Counted from the stretch's first letter, positions 41,911-53,243 are shown. The stretch is 64,000 nucleotides of DNA from Peribolospora baueri (GCA_029717555.1 JAMDHS010000046.1:62001-126000); one strand, 5' to 3'. Notes: generated from the sequence alone by a model not told the origin. Numbers and translations are program-made.

Positions 41911-43673
41911 TCAGTCACTGTCGACAGCCTGCAAGATGCGCAGGATAGAGAGGAACAGGTTGATGAAGCTACGGGACCGATAAAGGAGGAATAAGCGAGG
42001 CCATTCTCGATAAATGTCACACCGCAGGATCGAACGCAAAGAGAGCCGGAGCTCGGACTCACTCAAGGTACAACGACACGCAGGCGAGGATCCACTCGTC
42101 GGGCGAGAGACGACGAGCGATGAGCTGCGTGTCGAAGAGCTGCCGACGCATTCAATCCCACATCAGAAACATGTGTGGAAGGAGGTAAAATCAGCGGACT
42201 TGCACAGGGGCCGATAGCACCGAACAAACGAAGAAGGACCAACTCACGATATACCCAGAAAAGACGACACAGCCGAGCGCGCCGAACACGATCTCGGTAA
42301 TGCGGCCCCAGGGGAAGAAGAGTCCCACGAGGCCCATGCCGATGAGCGCCCAGAGGCCGGCAAAGAGCCAGGTGCCCCAGGACATAAAGTCGTACCTGCG
42401 CCGCCGGGAGACGAGAGCAGCGGAAAAGTCCAGGTTAATTTCGACGAAATGGAGGATAGAAGCAGTTGGCAATGGAAGGAAAGACGGGTGACTCACCTAG
42501 TCTGAAGCGAGAACAACGTCAGACCGAGGAAGACAAAGGTGGTGATGAGCAAGGCGGTGAGGACGATGGCGGTCTTGATCTGTCGTTCAAAAAGAAACAC
42601 AGATGCGGATCAGCGAGCCTATCCATTCGTCTCGTTCGACGTTGCCTAGCTCAACTCGCTGAGGCAGAAGGAGGCAAAAACGAACTCACATAGCCGACGA
42701 CGACGCCCAACGTCAAGGCCTCGAGCGCAGTAAAGAGGCCGAGAAGGATGAGATTGGTGGCTGGGCGACGGAAGTGCCGTGCGAGAGAGCGATCCCACCG
42801 CCGATTCAGCACATCCAGTCTTCCCTTTCAATACCTCTTACCGATCTCCTTCGCCGCCGCCGTTCCGATCAGCGCACTTACGATGCGAATGCCTCTTGAA
42901 GTAAAGGGCAAAGATGGTGGCCAAGCTGCCTAACATGCCGAGCGGAATAACCCAAAAGTTGCGAACGACCCACAGCTGAACAGGCTCAATACGCATCACA
43001 AAGCCGATGACGGTGGTAAAGAGGATCTGGAGGAAGAGAATGGAGTAGACTGAGGGGCGTGGAAGGGACGGGTCGTGAGCCGGCGCAGAGAAGAGATCGA
43101 TGGGCAAGGGGAGAGACGAGCGAGCGAGAGCGTCGTGGACCCACCCTTGCGAACAAAAGCATTGCGGACTTCGAGAGCGCTTTTTCAGTCGATCGAAACA
43201 TGGCGAGGAGGAGGAAAGGGGGGGTGTGAGCCGGGAGTGAACGGACGTCACGAACGCACGCGCGGTACACGCATTCGAGTCTATGCAACGCTGTGTGCCT
43301 CAGCGGCGGCCTTCCTTATCCGCAACACCGTCCTCCACCCGCTCGCCTCCATCCATCCTTCGTCCAGGCAACCCAAACATCCGACTCACCTCTGCGAAAC
43401 GGTGGGGCCGAACTTCCAATCGTCCGGGTCCACGTCTCCCTCCGCCCTAGGCACGCCTCCTTCTCCAGGCACGGCGTAGAACATGCCCGCCGCGGCAGCG
43501 GCAGCAGGGGTGGAGCCGGCAGGGCCGGCCGCGGCTGCTGGAAAGGTTTCTTCTGGGTCTACGGGAGGAATGGACTGGTAGCCGCCAGGCTTGGGGGCCC
43601 CGGCTCCGGCTCCGGCCTGGTAGGAGGGGGGCTGGTAGCCGTACGGTGACGGCGACGGGGGTTGGCCTGCCAT
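41911..43673 (-). CDS. BXI1: Bax inhibitor-1 / TMBIM family membrane protein, multi-exon
   Basis: PPSY N-terminus, DPDDWKFGPTVSQ|SALEVRNAFVRKVYSILFLQ, YDFMSWG, FSGYI..FDTQLI, SPDEWILACVVLYL, FINLFLSILRIL. Confidence 0.93.
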
Positions 43674-43853
43674 GTTCACAGCGGCTGTCTCTGTGGTAAT
43701 ACCACTATCTGGGACGGCTCTCAAAAAGAGAAGAAGGAGGAGCAAGCGGTCGGGACACGATGATGGAGGAAACCGCCACTTGCGCGAGTCGTCGTGTCTG
43801 GCGATAGTGATCGCCGACCGCCCCGTCGCTGACAATGATCGAGAGCGGGGACG

Positions 43854-43893
43854 CGCCACGTGGTCGTGAGCACGTGTTCACGACCACGTGGCG
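43854..43893. promoter_or_regulatory. 40-bp near-perfect palindrome with three CACGTG cores, upstream of BXI1
   Basis: cgccacgtggtcgtga-g-cacgtg-t-tcacgaccacgtggcg; self-complementary except for one G/T pair. Confidence 0.6.
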
Positions 43894-44043
43894 AGGAGTT
43901 ATCCCTATATACTGTGTACCTGAGCGCAGCGTATTTGCTCGAGAAAGGAGGGTAATGGAAGACGACTCGCATCTTAGATATGCATTCACAAACACCCAGC
44001 TCCAAGACGATACGCATCAGAACAAGTCCTATGAAGAACCACG

Positions 44044-45605
44044 TCAGCCATCCAGAGGCCCGACCCTCGAGACGACGTAGTCCCTCGCCCTCCTCTGCTC
44101 CTGTCCCCGCAACCCCTCCACCTCCTCCGGCCTCTGTCCGTCCGCGTTGGTCCGGTCTCGATCTGCGCCACCTTCTTCGATCAGCACAACGGCAGTGGAG
44201 GCGTTTCTGTGGCCGTCACAGTGGACAACAAAAGGAGAGTTTTCCGCGGCCGAAAAATCAGGTCAGATTGAAAGACAGAGCATGGTCCAACTTTGATCCT
44301 TCCACGGCCCCACCCACCCAGACTCCATGGCAAGGTGCAACGGCGTATTTCCCAATCGATCCTGTGGGCTGCCGGAACCGGAACAAGGGGAGGGGCATGA
44401 GTATAAAGCCCTAGGTGTCGACGCGAGCGAGACAAAACGAAAAGAGGGAAGAAAAACAAAGAAACGCCCTGTAACACCCACTTGACCCGCGTCTTAGCCC
44501 TCGGCTTATGCTCTCCCTCCCCTTCTCCCGCAGGAGGCAGAGGCGGCGGATTAAGGAGCAATCGGACAAAAGCATCGTGTCCCGCCGAGGCGGCGCGGTG
44601 TCTGTACACGAACAAAAAGTCGAAAGAAATCAGGATGATAGGCAATGAGAGGAGAACAATGGTGAGTGGACAGAAAAGCTTTTGCGCGCTTCACACGAGC
44701 TTGTCAAAGCGTTCTTCGTCATCTTCTTTCCCCATGTGCAGTGGAAAACTCACAACGGCACCTGATTCGCCCCGTCCCTGGCATTCACGTCTGCCCCCTT
44801 GGACAGCAACGCTCTCCCCACGTCCGTCTTTCCTTTCGATGCCGCGTAGTGTAGCGACGTCTGGCCCCGGAGGTTCGTCGCTTGGGGGTTGGCGCCTCTG
44901 CGGTTGGAGAAAAGAAACATGAGTTGGGATGCGCTGTTTCCCTAGATCATTATCATAGACAGTCCATCTATACGATGGCTGCTTGAAACTCACCGATGGA
45001 GGAGCTCCTCAACCACATCCACGTTTCCGGCCGAGGAGGCGATCATGAGCGGTGTCCACCTAGGACGTGGACAAATGAAGGAGAAAGTAGAAACGCAGAC
45101 ATCAGGTTTGCGTCAAACCGTGCACATGGGCGCATGTGCTTGAATCGACTTTGGTCTGAGCAGTCCAGCAACGCGATAAAGGAAACGACTTTGAATTCTC
45201 GGACGACCCACCCGCTCTCGTCCTTGATCTCCAGCTCTGCCCCATGTCCGACGAGGAGCTTGACGATTTCCAAGCTCCCACTGCTGGCAGCCCAGTGCAG
45301 AGGAGTGCGCTTGTCGGCGTCCACCGCGTTGACGCGCTTCTGAGCCAATCCAGGGGTATCGGAGAAGGTCTCAAGATTGGCACGGATGAGATGGAGTTGG
45401 CCTGCGGTTTGTGTTGAAGCAACGGAGGAGGGTTAGTCGTCGAACGGTTCAGACGGGCTGACGACACGACACTCCATCGCGCCAGCTGGATCCAAGCGGC
45501 TTTCGCTCGCAAACGGTAGAGATGCCGGCCCATCCCATCCATCCCAGCCCCTTACGCACCCTCGAGCGCCGCCCTGTGCAGATCGAAACTTTGAGCAGTC
45601 GCCAT
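44044..45605 (-). CDS. NAS6: Ankyrin-repeat proteasome assembly chaperone (Nas6/gankyrin-like), multi-exon
   Basis: DLHRAALEG, DADKRTPLHWAASSG, WTPLMIASSAG, GQTSLHYAASKG, HRAASAG, DRLGNTPLHLAMESG|NASTAVVLIEEGGAD. Confidence 0.88.
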
Positions 45606-45731
45606 GTCCGTCTCCAATGTCCTTCCCGGGTCGTGGATGGTGATGGTGATACGCGCGCGTCGTTGGGCACACAGACCACCTCGAAGATCACGCTTACGTA
45701 TATCTGCCGCAGCCGATTACGCTTACGTATA

Positions 45732-46405
45732 CAGTTAAACTTGTTTATAAGCATACGAGTTATATAGCCCGAGTGCTATGCAGTATGTGGGAGGGTGACT
45801 ATACAGGGCGGGGTCTATGCAAAGTTGCCGCAATCGTTGCCCACAGTCGATAGCGTCCATCAAGACATGAATTCCAGGCTTTATTATAGAGTAACCATGT
45901 TCAAGAAGAAACGTGTGCAGAAAAGAATTGTCGAAGATCGGTTTGTTTACGCTACTCGTTGACATATTCTTTGAAAGAGATGGTGAAACGCGGACGAGCA
46001 CCCACGTGCAGTAATGTTAGAACTGGCGGTGGATGGACGAAAGTGTATGTTACTGGTTCGTTGTTGTTAATGAGAGTATACAAAGAGGAAACCGCAGTAA
46101 CACACACCTACATAGTCATGTCCGCTTTCAGCCGCGTAACCACGGTGCTCGTCACCGCCAATCTCCAACACCACGAGGATGCAGTGACCCTCAACCCTAA
46201 CTATGCATGCCGAGGGCGCATAACTGGTAAGGACGGCGCCGGTGCCAGTGTATGCAATATGCGGGTATGTTTAGTATGCATATATACCAGTGTTTTGGCA
46301 GGGATTAGTCAATTCTTGGCTGGGGACAAGCGGGAAAGGGAGATCGCTATGCACTATGCGAAGACATACCTCCTGGACCCCTATGCTAACAGACAAGTTT
46401 GACTG
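45732..46405. mobile_element. Non-autonomous Tc1/mariner(pogo)-type DNA element (MITE), 674 bp
   Basis: Left end CAGTTAAACTTGTTTATAAGCATA matches the reverse complement of the right end CAGTCAAACTTGTCTGTTAGCATA at 20 of 24 positions. TA on both flanks (45730-31, 46406-07), AT-richer interior, no transposase ORF. Confidence 0.8.
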
Positions 46406-46531
46406 TATATGCCGCAGCCGATCACTCGCCACGTGGAGTAGAGCGCGACAAATAAACGTTGCGGCTGAAGATGAACGACGACGGACGACGACGGTGACGG
46501 TGACGACGGACCGACGGACAGACGAACGGAC

Positions 46532-46945
46532 ATGGGCAAGGCGGCCAAGTTCTACAAGCGCAATGTGGGTAAAAGCAGCGACGAATAGAGTCCCGCTATA
46601 TGTTTGTTGTAGTGTACGCAGACCGTCGTGATAGACAGGAGTCTCGTCTCTGGGCTCATCATCTCTCGCCTTCTCTTCCCACAGACGCTGAAAGAGAAGA
46701 CGACGGCGAAAGAGCGCAAGACGACGTCCTCTCTCCACACCACTCCTAAGCCAGTCCCCCCTCCAACTGTCACAACGGAGACAGCGGCGTCTGAGGCGGG
46801 GGCGACCAAGCGAAGAAGGGGTCTCAAGGCCAAGGCCAAGGAAGCTGTCAGCGCTGACGCTGGTAGAGAGCGACGCGAGGGAGGTGTGCTGGGTGGCGAT
46901 GACTATCTGCGGTTATGGGAGAAGACGAGAAAGAAGAAGCATTAG
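46532..46945 (+). CDS. Small basic protein (97 aa) of unknown function, 2 exons
   Basis: Exon 1 46532-46564 MGKAAKFYKRN, GTGGGT..CAG intron, exon 2 46685-46945 TLKEK...VLGGDDYLRLWEKTRKKKH*. Confidence 0.7.
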
Positions 46946-47776
46946 TGGGATCCTAGACGTCAGTTGGACACGTAGGTCCCAGTCTTTTCGGTCCCATCTG
47001 GCTGGGCGGTGCCCTTCCCTCCCTTCGTCTTTCGACGTACGGTAATCTAGAGGAAGACGCACACATACAGCTGCGACGATGGTCACTTCCTCACACAATG
47101 CGCAGACCAGATGGCGAGGGGCTCGGAAGGAGGTCGGCAGGAATGAGGGGGCGCAGGGGCGCCGTGGACTATGACGACGAGGCATCTGTCCTTCGAGCTC
47201 TTTGCGAGCACGCCGGAACCATAAGGCAGGCGGAGGCGGAGAATTGGCGGTAGAATGTAGAGTGTATGAATGGGCAGGTGCTGAGGTCTGGCTGAGTGCG
47301 CAACGGATTGAACGAGGGTCCTTGACGACGGCGGTGACGACGACGATGACGACGACGAGCGTTGCTTCGGTCGCCATGCTGTTTCCCGGTCGTCGCCTTA
47401 TTGACCCAGCCGGGGCGGTGTCCAGCACGAGCTCGGACGAAATTACTCACTCTCGCTCCGTACAACTGGAACCCCACGAGACGTGCAAGCCTTTGCGGAC
47501 CTCGTCCATTCTCAGCCGTGATGGCCTCGTCGGCCTCGTCACCGTCCTCGCTCAGCCGGCCGGCAGCATCTCTTCAGTTGCTACGTCCTTCTACACGCTC
47601 ATATGGACGTCGTTCCTGTGGGCGTGCGACCAGAACCAGAAGCCCCGACCGTGGTCTCGAGACCTGATCTGCTATTTTGAGTGCCTGCCTCCCATTTCCC
47701 TGTGATTACCGCGTCATGACCGCCTCCCTTGCCCTCGTAGCAAAGCTGGCCCTCCGCCGACTGGCTCCAGCTTTGG

Positions 47777-47782
47777 TATAAA
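47777..47782 (+). promoter_or_regulatory. Putative TATA box of the Lys/Ala-rich secreted protein gene
   Basis: TATAAA followed by a CT-rich tract and a probable 5'-UTR intron (GTGAGT 47983..CAG 48094) before the ATG at 48113. Confidence 0.5.
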
Positions 47783-48112
47783 GGACGGGCGCAGCGCATC
47801 TGCGTTCATCTTCTTTCTCTCTCTCTCTCCAGCGAGCCTCACCTTCCTCTCCTCCCAGTCCACCGTTTCTTCGCACGGCAGGTCCGTCCTTCTTGCTTGC
47901 GCTTCGACACCTTCCAACTTGTCAACTGTCTTCCCTCCATCCGTACGCTCCCTCTCTCCGGCCTCGATCGCCCAACGTATTTGTGAGTCCGTGGCCGGGT
48001 CTACTCATGGTCGTCTTAGGACGATAGACGCATACGAGCCGCCGCTGAACACGCATGCATCCTTCGACGTCCCTCCGCGTCACCCCTTCCACAGAACAAC
48101 TTCCCACCCGAG

Positions 48113-49667
48113 ATGAAGTTGTCTTTCTCCTCCGCCCTCATCGGCCTCGGCCTCTCTACCTTCCTCGTCTCCGCCGTCCCCGTCCCTGCCCCGGTAGCCA
48201 TTGAGGCTGTTGTACGCGGCAGCGACGTCGTAGTCCGCGGCTTCGGCGAGGCCTCCTTCCCTGCCTTGCTCGACGAGCGCGCTGCCAAGAAGAACGCCAC
48301 TGCGGCCGCCGGTGCCGCGAAGAAGAAGAAGAAGGCTGCCGCCGCCGCTAAAAAGAAGAAGGCCGCCGCTGCTAAGAAGAATAAGAATAAGAACACCGCT
48401 GGTGTCGCCAACGCCGCCAACTCGACAACTGCTGGCACCGCCGCCGCCGCCAATGCCGCCAACTCGACGACCGCCGTCGCGGCCAACGCCGCCAATGCCG
48501 CCAACTCTACGGCCGCCGTCGCAGCCGACACCGCCAATGCCGCCAACTCGACGATGGCCACAGCTGCCAGTGCCGCCGACAGCGCTGATGCTGTCGACTC
48601 GACCACGACCGCGGACACCGCTGATGCGAATGCCGCCGGGGCCTCCGGGGCCACCGCTCGTGGCTTCGACGACGATGCCGCCCCCCTTGAGGAGCGCGCC
48701 AAAGCCGAGGCTGCTAAGAAGAAGAAGAAGGCCGCCGCCGCCGCCAAGCCTGCCAAGAAGAAGAAGAAGGCCGCCGCGGCAGCTAAGGCCTCCCCCACTG
48801 CCGCTACCGCCGCGGTCACTGCCGCCGCCCGCAGCTTCGAAGACGATACCGGCCTCGGATTGCTTGAGGAGCGCGCCGCCGCAGGTGCGGCCGCTGCGAA
48901 AAAGAAGGCGGCCGCTGCGAAGAAGAAGGCAGCCGCCGCTGCTGCTGCCAAGAAGAAAGCTAAGGGCAAGAACGCGGGTGGTGGGGCTGCCGCTGCTGCC
49001 ACCACGACCGCTGCTGCCAGCATTGCCAATGCCAACAACAACAATGGTGCTGCTGCTGCTGCCGGTGAGATGAATGCGTCGGAAAGACGAGTGCTAGAGT
49101 TGGGAGGTTGCCGGTGGACGCCTTTATCTTACGAGGCTGACAAGGCTGACGCCTCGTGACTGTCAACCGCTTGTCTTGTCACCCGCCACGTCTCACAGCT
49201 GCCCGGTCCTCGGCTGCCGCCGTCGAGGCCGCCTCCATCTCAGCCTTCCAGGCCTCTCTCAAGGCCTCTGGCCAAGAGGTCTCCGCTGTCGTGAGTTGAC
49301 GTTGGCCTCTCTGGAAACCTCAAATGGGGTTTTTTGGAGCGCTACGTTTGCATCATTTTAAAGCTGTTGTGCCTGACCGAGCACTTCCATTCCTCAGGCT
49401 CAAGACGTGAGCCAAGAGAACAAGGCCAATGCTAGTGAGCATCCTTTCTGGCATGGAGTGATACCGAGGCAGAAAGACGACGACGTCACGCGGGGAGACG
49501 ACACGACAGTCTGACTTTAACCCCACCCCTTTTTTCCTCCTTCTCACCGCTCGCAACGCCTGTTCTTCTTCAAAGGTGCCGACCTCGCCTTCGCCGCCGG
49601 CCAGAAACGCAACGGGAACGGCGTGCTCCGTCGTGCTCCCGCTCCCACACCTGCGCCTCGTGCTTGA
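48113..49667 (+). CDS. Secreted Ala/Lys-rich repetitive precursor protein, 4 exons
   Basis: Signal peptide MKLSFSSALIGLGLSTFLVSA|VPVP. Exons 48113-49064, 49199-49290, 49398-49434 and 49576-49667 splice in phase and end ..GQKRNGNGVLRRAPAPTPAPRA*. Confidence 0.85.
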
Positions 49668-50352
49668 TGTTGAGTGTCTGCGTAAGTTACGACGGCGTCG
49701 TCATAGGTAAAGGGAAGGGTGGGTGAGTCAAAGGGTTCGCTCCAGCGCGCAACCGTTGCGTTCGGACCTGCCACAGTCCAGAACTCTTTGTGACCAAAGT
49801 GTGTTGCTACATACACATGCAATATAGGTGGCCAGGTCCGTGTGGAAGTGGCGTAGGAGCGACTTCCGACGGCATAGCAAAGAATTCGACTCGGCGACGC
49901 GAGTAGCGTATGTCCGTTCATATATGAGACGGACATTTGATTTCCCCACCCGCCCGTTTCGCAAATTCTTGCCAGTGGATTGGTTGGGACCGATGGAGAG
50001 GCCGGAAGAGCGACGTCGCATAGTGACCCACCACTCTGTCTTTCCCATATTCACGTTAAGGTCGATCTGTATCTATTCCGCAGGTCCAACCCACATCACT
50101 GACTGGCCTTGCTCCGTCTCCGTCACCGATTCAATTAATCCCCGGAGAACGATCCCCACTTCGCCCAACCACCCCAATTCCTCCTTCGCACCCAACCCCA
50201 TCCTCGCCCCGCTCCGCTGACCGCCTCACTTCCACAAAGACTCCACGCATACACCCTGGCCCACTCCATCCCATCCTCCATTTCAACCCCCTTCCATCTT
50301 CCCCTCCTCCCACCGCTCTTGAATCACGTTCATCCGCTTTCGTTCGCAGTGT

Positions 50353-50829
50353 CTAATCGTCGTCGAAGGTGCCGCCGGGCGCGTTGCGGCCGTAGTCGTG
50401 AGGGCCGATCGGGCCTTCGTGGATCGGGTGGAGAGGCATGATCGGCAGGTTGGCTGGGCGATGGGATTGGGGTTCGGCATGGGGCTGGAGATGGGCATGG
50501 GTTAGGGGACGCCCACGGGGTTGGAACCGGGCACGGGCAGAGCGCAGATGGGCCGCCATCGGGTGCCCAGGCGGGTGAGCGGCAGGGACGGGAGCGTGTG
50601 GGTCGTGAGAAGCAAGCGGAGGGTCCCTGATCGAGCCGGTTGACTTGGACAAGTCGTGGTTGTTCTGCGCGCCATGGTGGGGTGTTTCGATCTTTTGCAA
50701 GACGGACGTTTTTATCCTGGCCGAAGGCAACGGAAGCGGGAGCGGGCTTGCCTGGGAGCGAGGGAAGGAAGCGATGGCCAGGATGGCGGTCAGGATGGCT
50801 GAAAACTGGATTGTGAGCTGGAACTTCAT
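50353..50829 (-). CDS. Small secreted His/Pro-rich protein (158 aa), intronless
   Basis: MKFQLTIQFSAILTAILAIA..SQA|SPLP signal-peptide pattern; 15 His, many Pro, no Cys. Confidence 0.65.
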   Translation of the reverse strand: MKFQLTIQFSAILTAILAIASFPRSQASPLPLPLPSARIKTSVLQKIETPHHGAQNNHDLSKSTGSIRDPPLASHDPHAPVPAAHPPGHPMAAHLRSARARFQPRGRPLTHAHLQPHAEPQSHRPANLPIMPLHPIHEGPIGPHDYGRNAPGGTFDDD

Positions 50830-51291
50830 GGTAGGGCGAGCGAGCGAAGGTGAGATGCTGGACAAGTAGCTGAGGGGAGGACGAGGAGAGAGAGTCATTG
50901 GATTATATCCTGGAGATGGCCACGACGAAGAAGGAGACATCAGTTTACACATGGAACGAAGTCCGTCCGAATCCGGCTCGGATCGACTTTGAGGGAAGGG
51001 CTGCACGAAAAGAGAAAGAAAAAGAAAAAAAGGCCGTAAAACGCTGGGCGATATTCCTGGAGCGTCAAAAAGGTCAATCTTTGTTCTCGATGCGTTCTAC
51101 TGAACGCGCGGCATTGGAAAGAAAGTTCAGATCGGCTCGACTCGAAGCGGAAGGAATATGACGGTAGACGAAGCGAGAAGATACGAAAGACACCGCGAGC
51201 CAGCGGATCCCTTCACAACGGACAACAGGCAACGCCAACAAAATCTGCATTCTGCATCTGCACCCGAAAGGCAAGACAAGCGCGGCGAGGA

Positions 51292-53243
51292 CTAGGTTGG
51301 CCTAGCTGACGTTGCACTGCCGCCCCCGCTCCCCATGGTCGCTGAAGGTGGAGGTGGGGGAGGGGCCGGCGGGGCTGCCGTGGATCGTGGAGTAAAAGGC
51401 GCCGGGTATCCACCTCTCGGAGTAGCGGGTGAGGGTGCACCCCCTCTCGGCCCAGTGGACGAGTACATGGGCGTCCTTGCCGTCGACGGCGGGCCGTGTG
51501 CGGCGGGAGGAAACGTAACGAGTTTGACCTCTGGTCTCACTCCCGACCTGGCCCTATACAACGCCCTCTGTCCCGCCCCCCGCCCCGCGCCGCCTTTGGC
51601 CTCCGCCTCGAGCACGAACAAGGCATCTCGCATCGTCACCGTCCGCTCTGCCTTCCCGACCCCCATGCCGCTCCGGCCTCGGTTCCCAGGGTCGAGCTCA
51701 CCTTCCGCCCCGCTGCCACCGCCGAGGCCGGAAGGAGCGAGGGCGCGAGCCCAAGGGTTCGCAGAGGATGGAGGTTTGCCAGAAGCGGGCGTGTTTCTTA
51801 GCGAGGAGGACGAGGCGAAGCCGGCTTGCGGGGCAAATTTGGGTTTTGGCAGTGCACTCGTCGGCGTTCCGGGCGTCGCCGGCGGCTGCTGCTGATCCTC
51901 TCCGACAGCCTTTTCCCCCCCCGCCACCAGCGGAGGACCCAGCTTGGACCTGTTCGCCAAGGGACTGCCCGTCCCCAATGGCCCTCCCCCACCACCCATC
52001 CCACCCCCCATCATCCAGCTGTACTTCAGCTGGCCGCCGGCAGAGCGCAGAGCGCGCTGGTCAGACTGGCGCTTAAGGACGTCCTCGCTCATGTTCTTCG
52101 GGCCCATTCGCTTCTTCTTCGACGGCGGTGGCCCACTTCCTCGCCCACCTGTGCCGCCCCCCGTTTCACTCCCCAGTCCTCCCGGCGTGGCCAGACCAGC
52201 CGAAGCGGGCCCGTTGGCCCCAGGTTCCGCTCCGTCGGCTCTGAGCGCGCCATCGACATCAGCAGCGGCGGCACCTTGGCTCTCCAATCTCTCCCTCTCC
52301 GTTCTGGCCCTTCGTGCCCTCGCCTCTTCCTCCCTCTCGACCTTTTCGAGCGCGCGGAGTTGCTTCGCGGGGTCGCTGATGAGCACCTCGTGATACATGG
52401 GCGTTTGCGCCTCGTCCCCGTACGTGGGAGGAGGATGGAGATGTGATGCAAAAGCGGAGGCGGCGTACGAGAGCGCGGGCGTGGGCGGGAGGGTGTGGTT
52501 GAGGGAGGAGGCGCGATGTCGGGAGGCGAGGACCATGGATTCGACCAGATTGCGCAATCGGTCATGCACAGCGAGGCCGAGATAGGCAAGGAAATCGGGA
52601 GAGACGGAGGGCAAGGAATATTTTAACGCTTGGTTGAAGAGAGGTTGGAGATGGACCGAGGATGGAGCGAGGCGGGACGGCACGGGGGGAGAGAAGAGCG
52701 TTGGCGTCAGCGGATAGCAAGGGAGGAAGGATAGAGAGAGCAAGAGGAAGTGGAGGATAAGCTCACCAATTTGGCGCACCTTCTCCCTCAAATAGAGCTC
52801 CTGCAAAAAGTCCTGCTTCCGACTACGATCCAGGTAAGGCGGCACGGTCGTGGGTAGCAGGTAGGCATCGGAGGCCGCGCCTTCGTGGGCTTGGGCTGCG
52901 AATGCCTCTTCTTCCGCCTGTTTGTGTGGGGAGTTTGAGGGTTGATGGATGGAGAAGAGGGCGGAGCGCGATGGGTGAACGCGAAAAGGCGCCGAGAGAT
53001 TGATGGAAGAGTGAGGTAGGGTGAGTGGGCGATAAAGAAGTGAGACGGTAAGCGGAGAAAGCAGACTGACCCTGAGATCGACGCCGGAGCTGCCAACGGC
53101 ATCCATGAGATCCCCCACATCTGTCCTCTGCTCTTGCACTGCCGTCGACGTGGATGGCGGCGTGTCCCTGGAGGGAGAAGAGGAGACGAGGACGACGGTG
53201 AGCGCGCGCCGGTCGTCTTACGGCGGCGTGGGCTCACTCACAT
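51292..53243 (-). CDS. TAF4: TFIID subunit TAF4
   Basis: DLMDAVGSSGVDLR|AEEE, DRSRKQDFL, histone fold YLGLAVHDRLRNLVESMVLASRHR, KYSWM, C-terminal RTVTMRDALFVLE. Start codon assembled as AT|G across intron 53241-53168. Confidence 0.9.

Noticed and set aside
46950..51200. RiPP (dikaritin-type) biosynthetic cluster around the repetitive precursor
   Set aside because: No DUF3328/UstYa, tyrosinase or other tailoring gene is recognisable nearby, and the repeats are not short identical cores.
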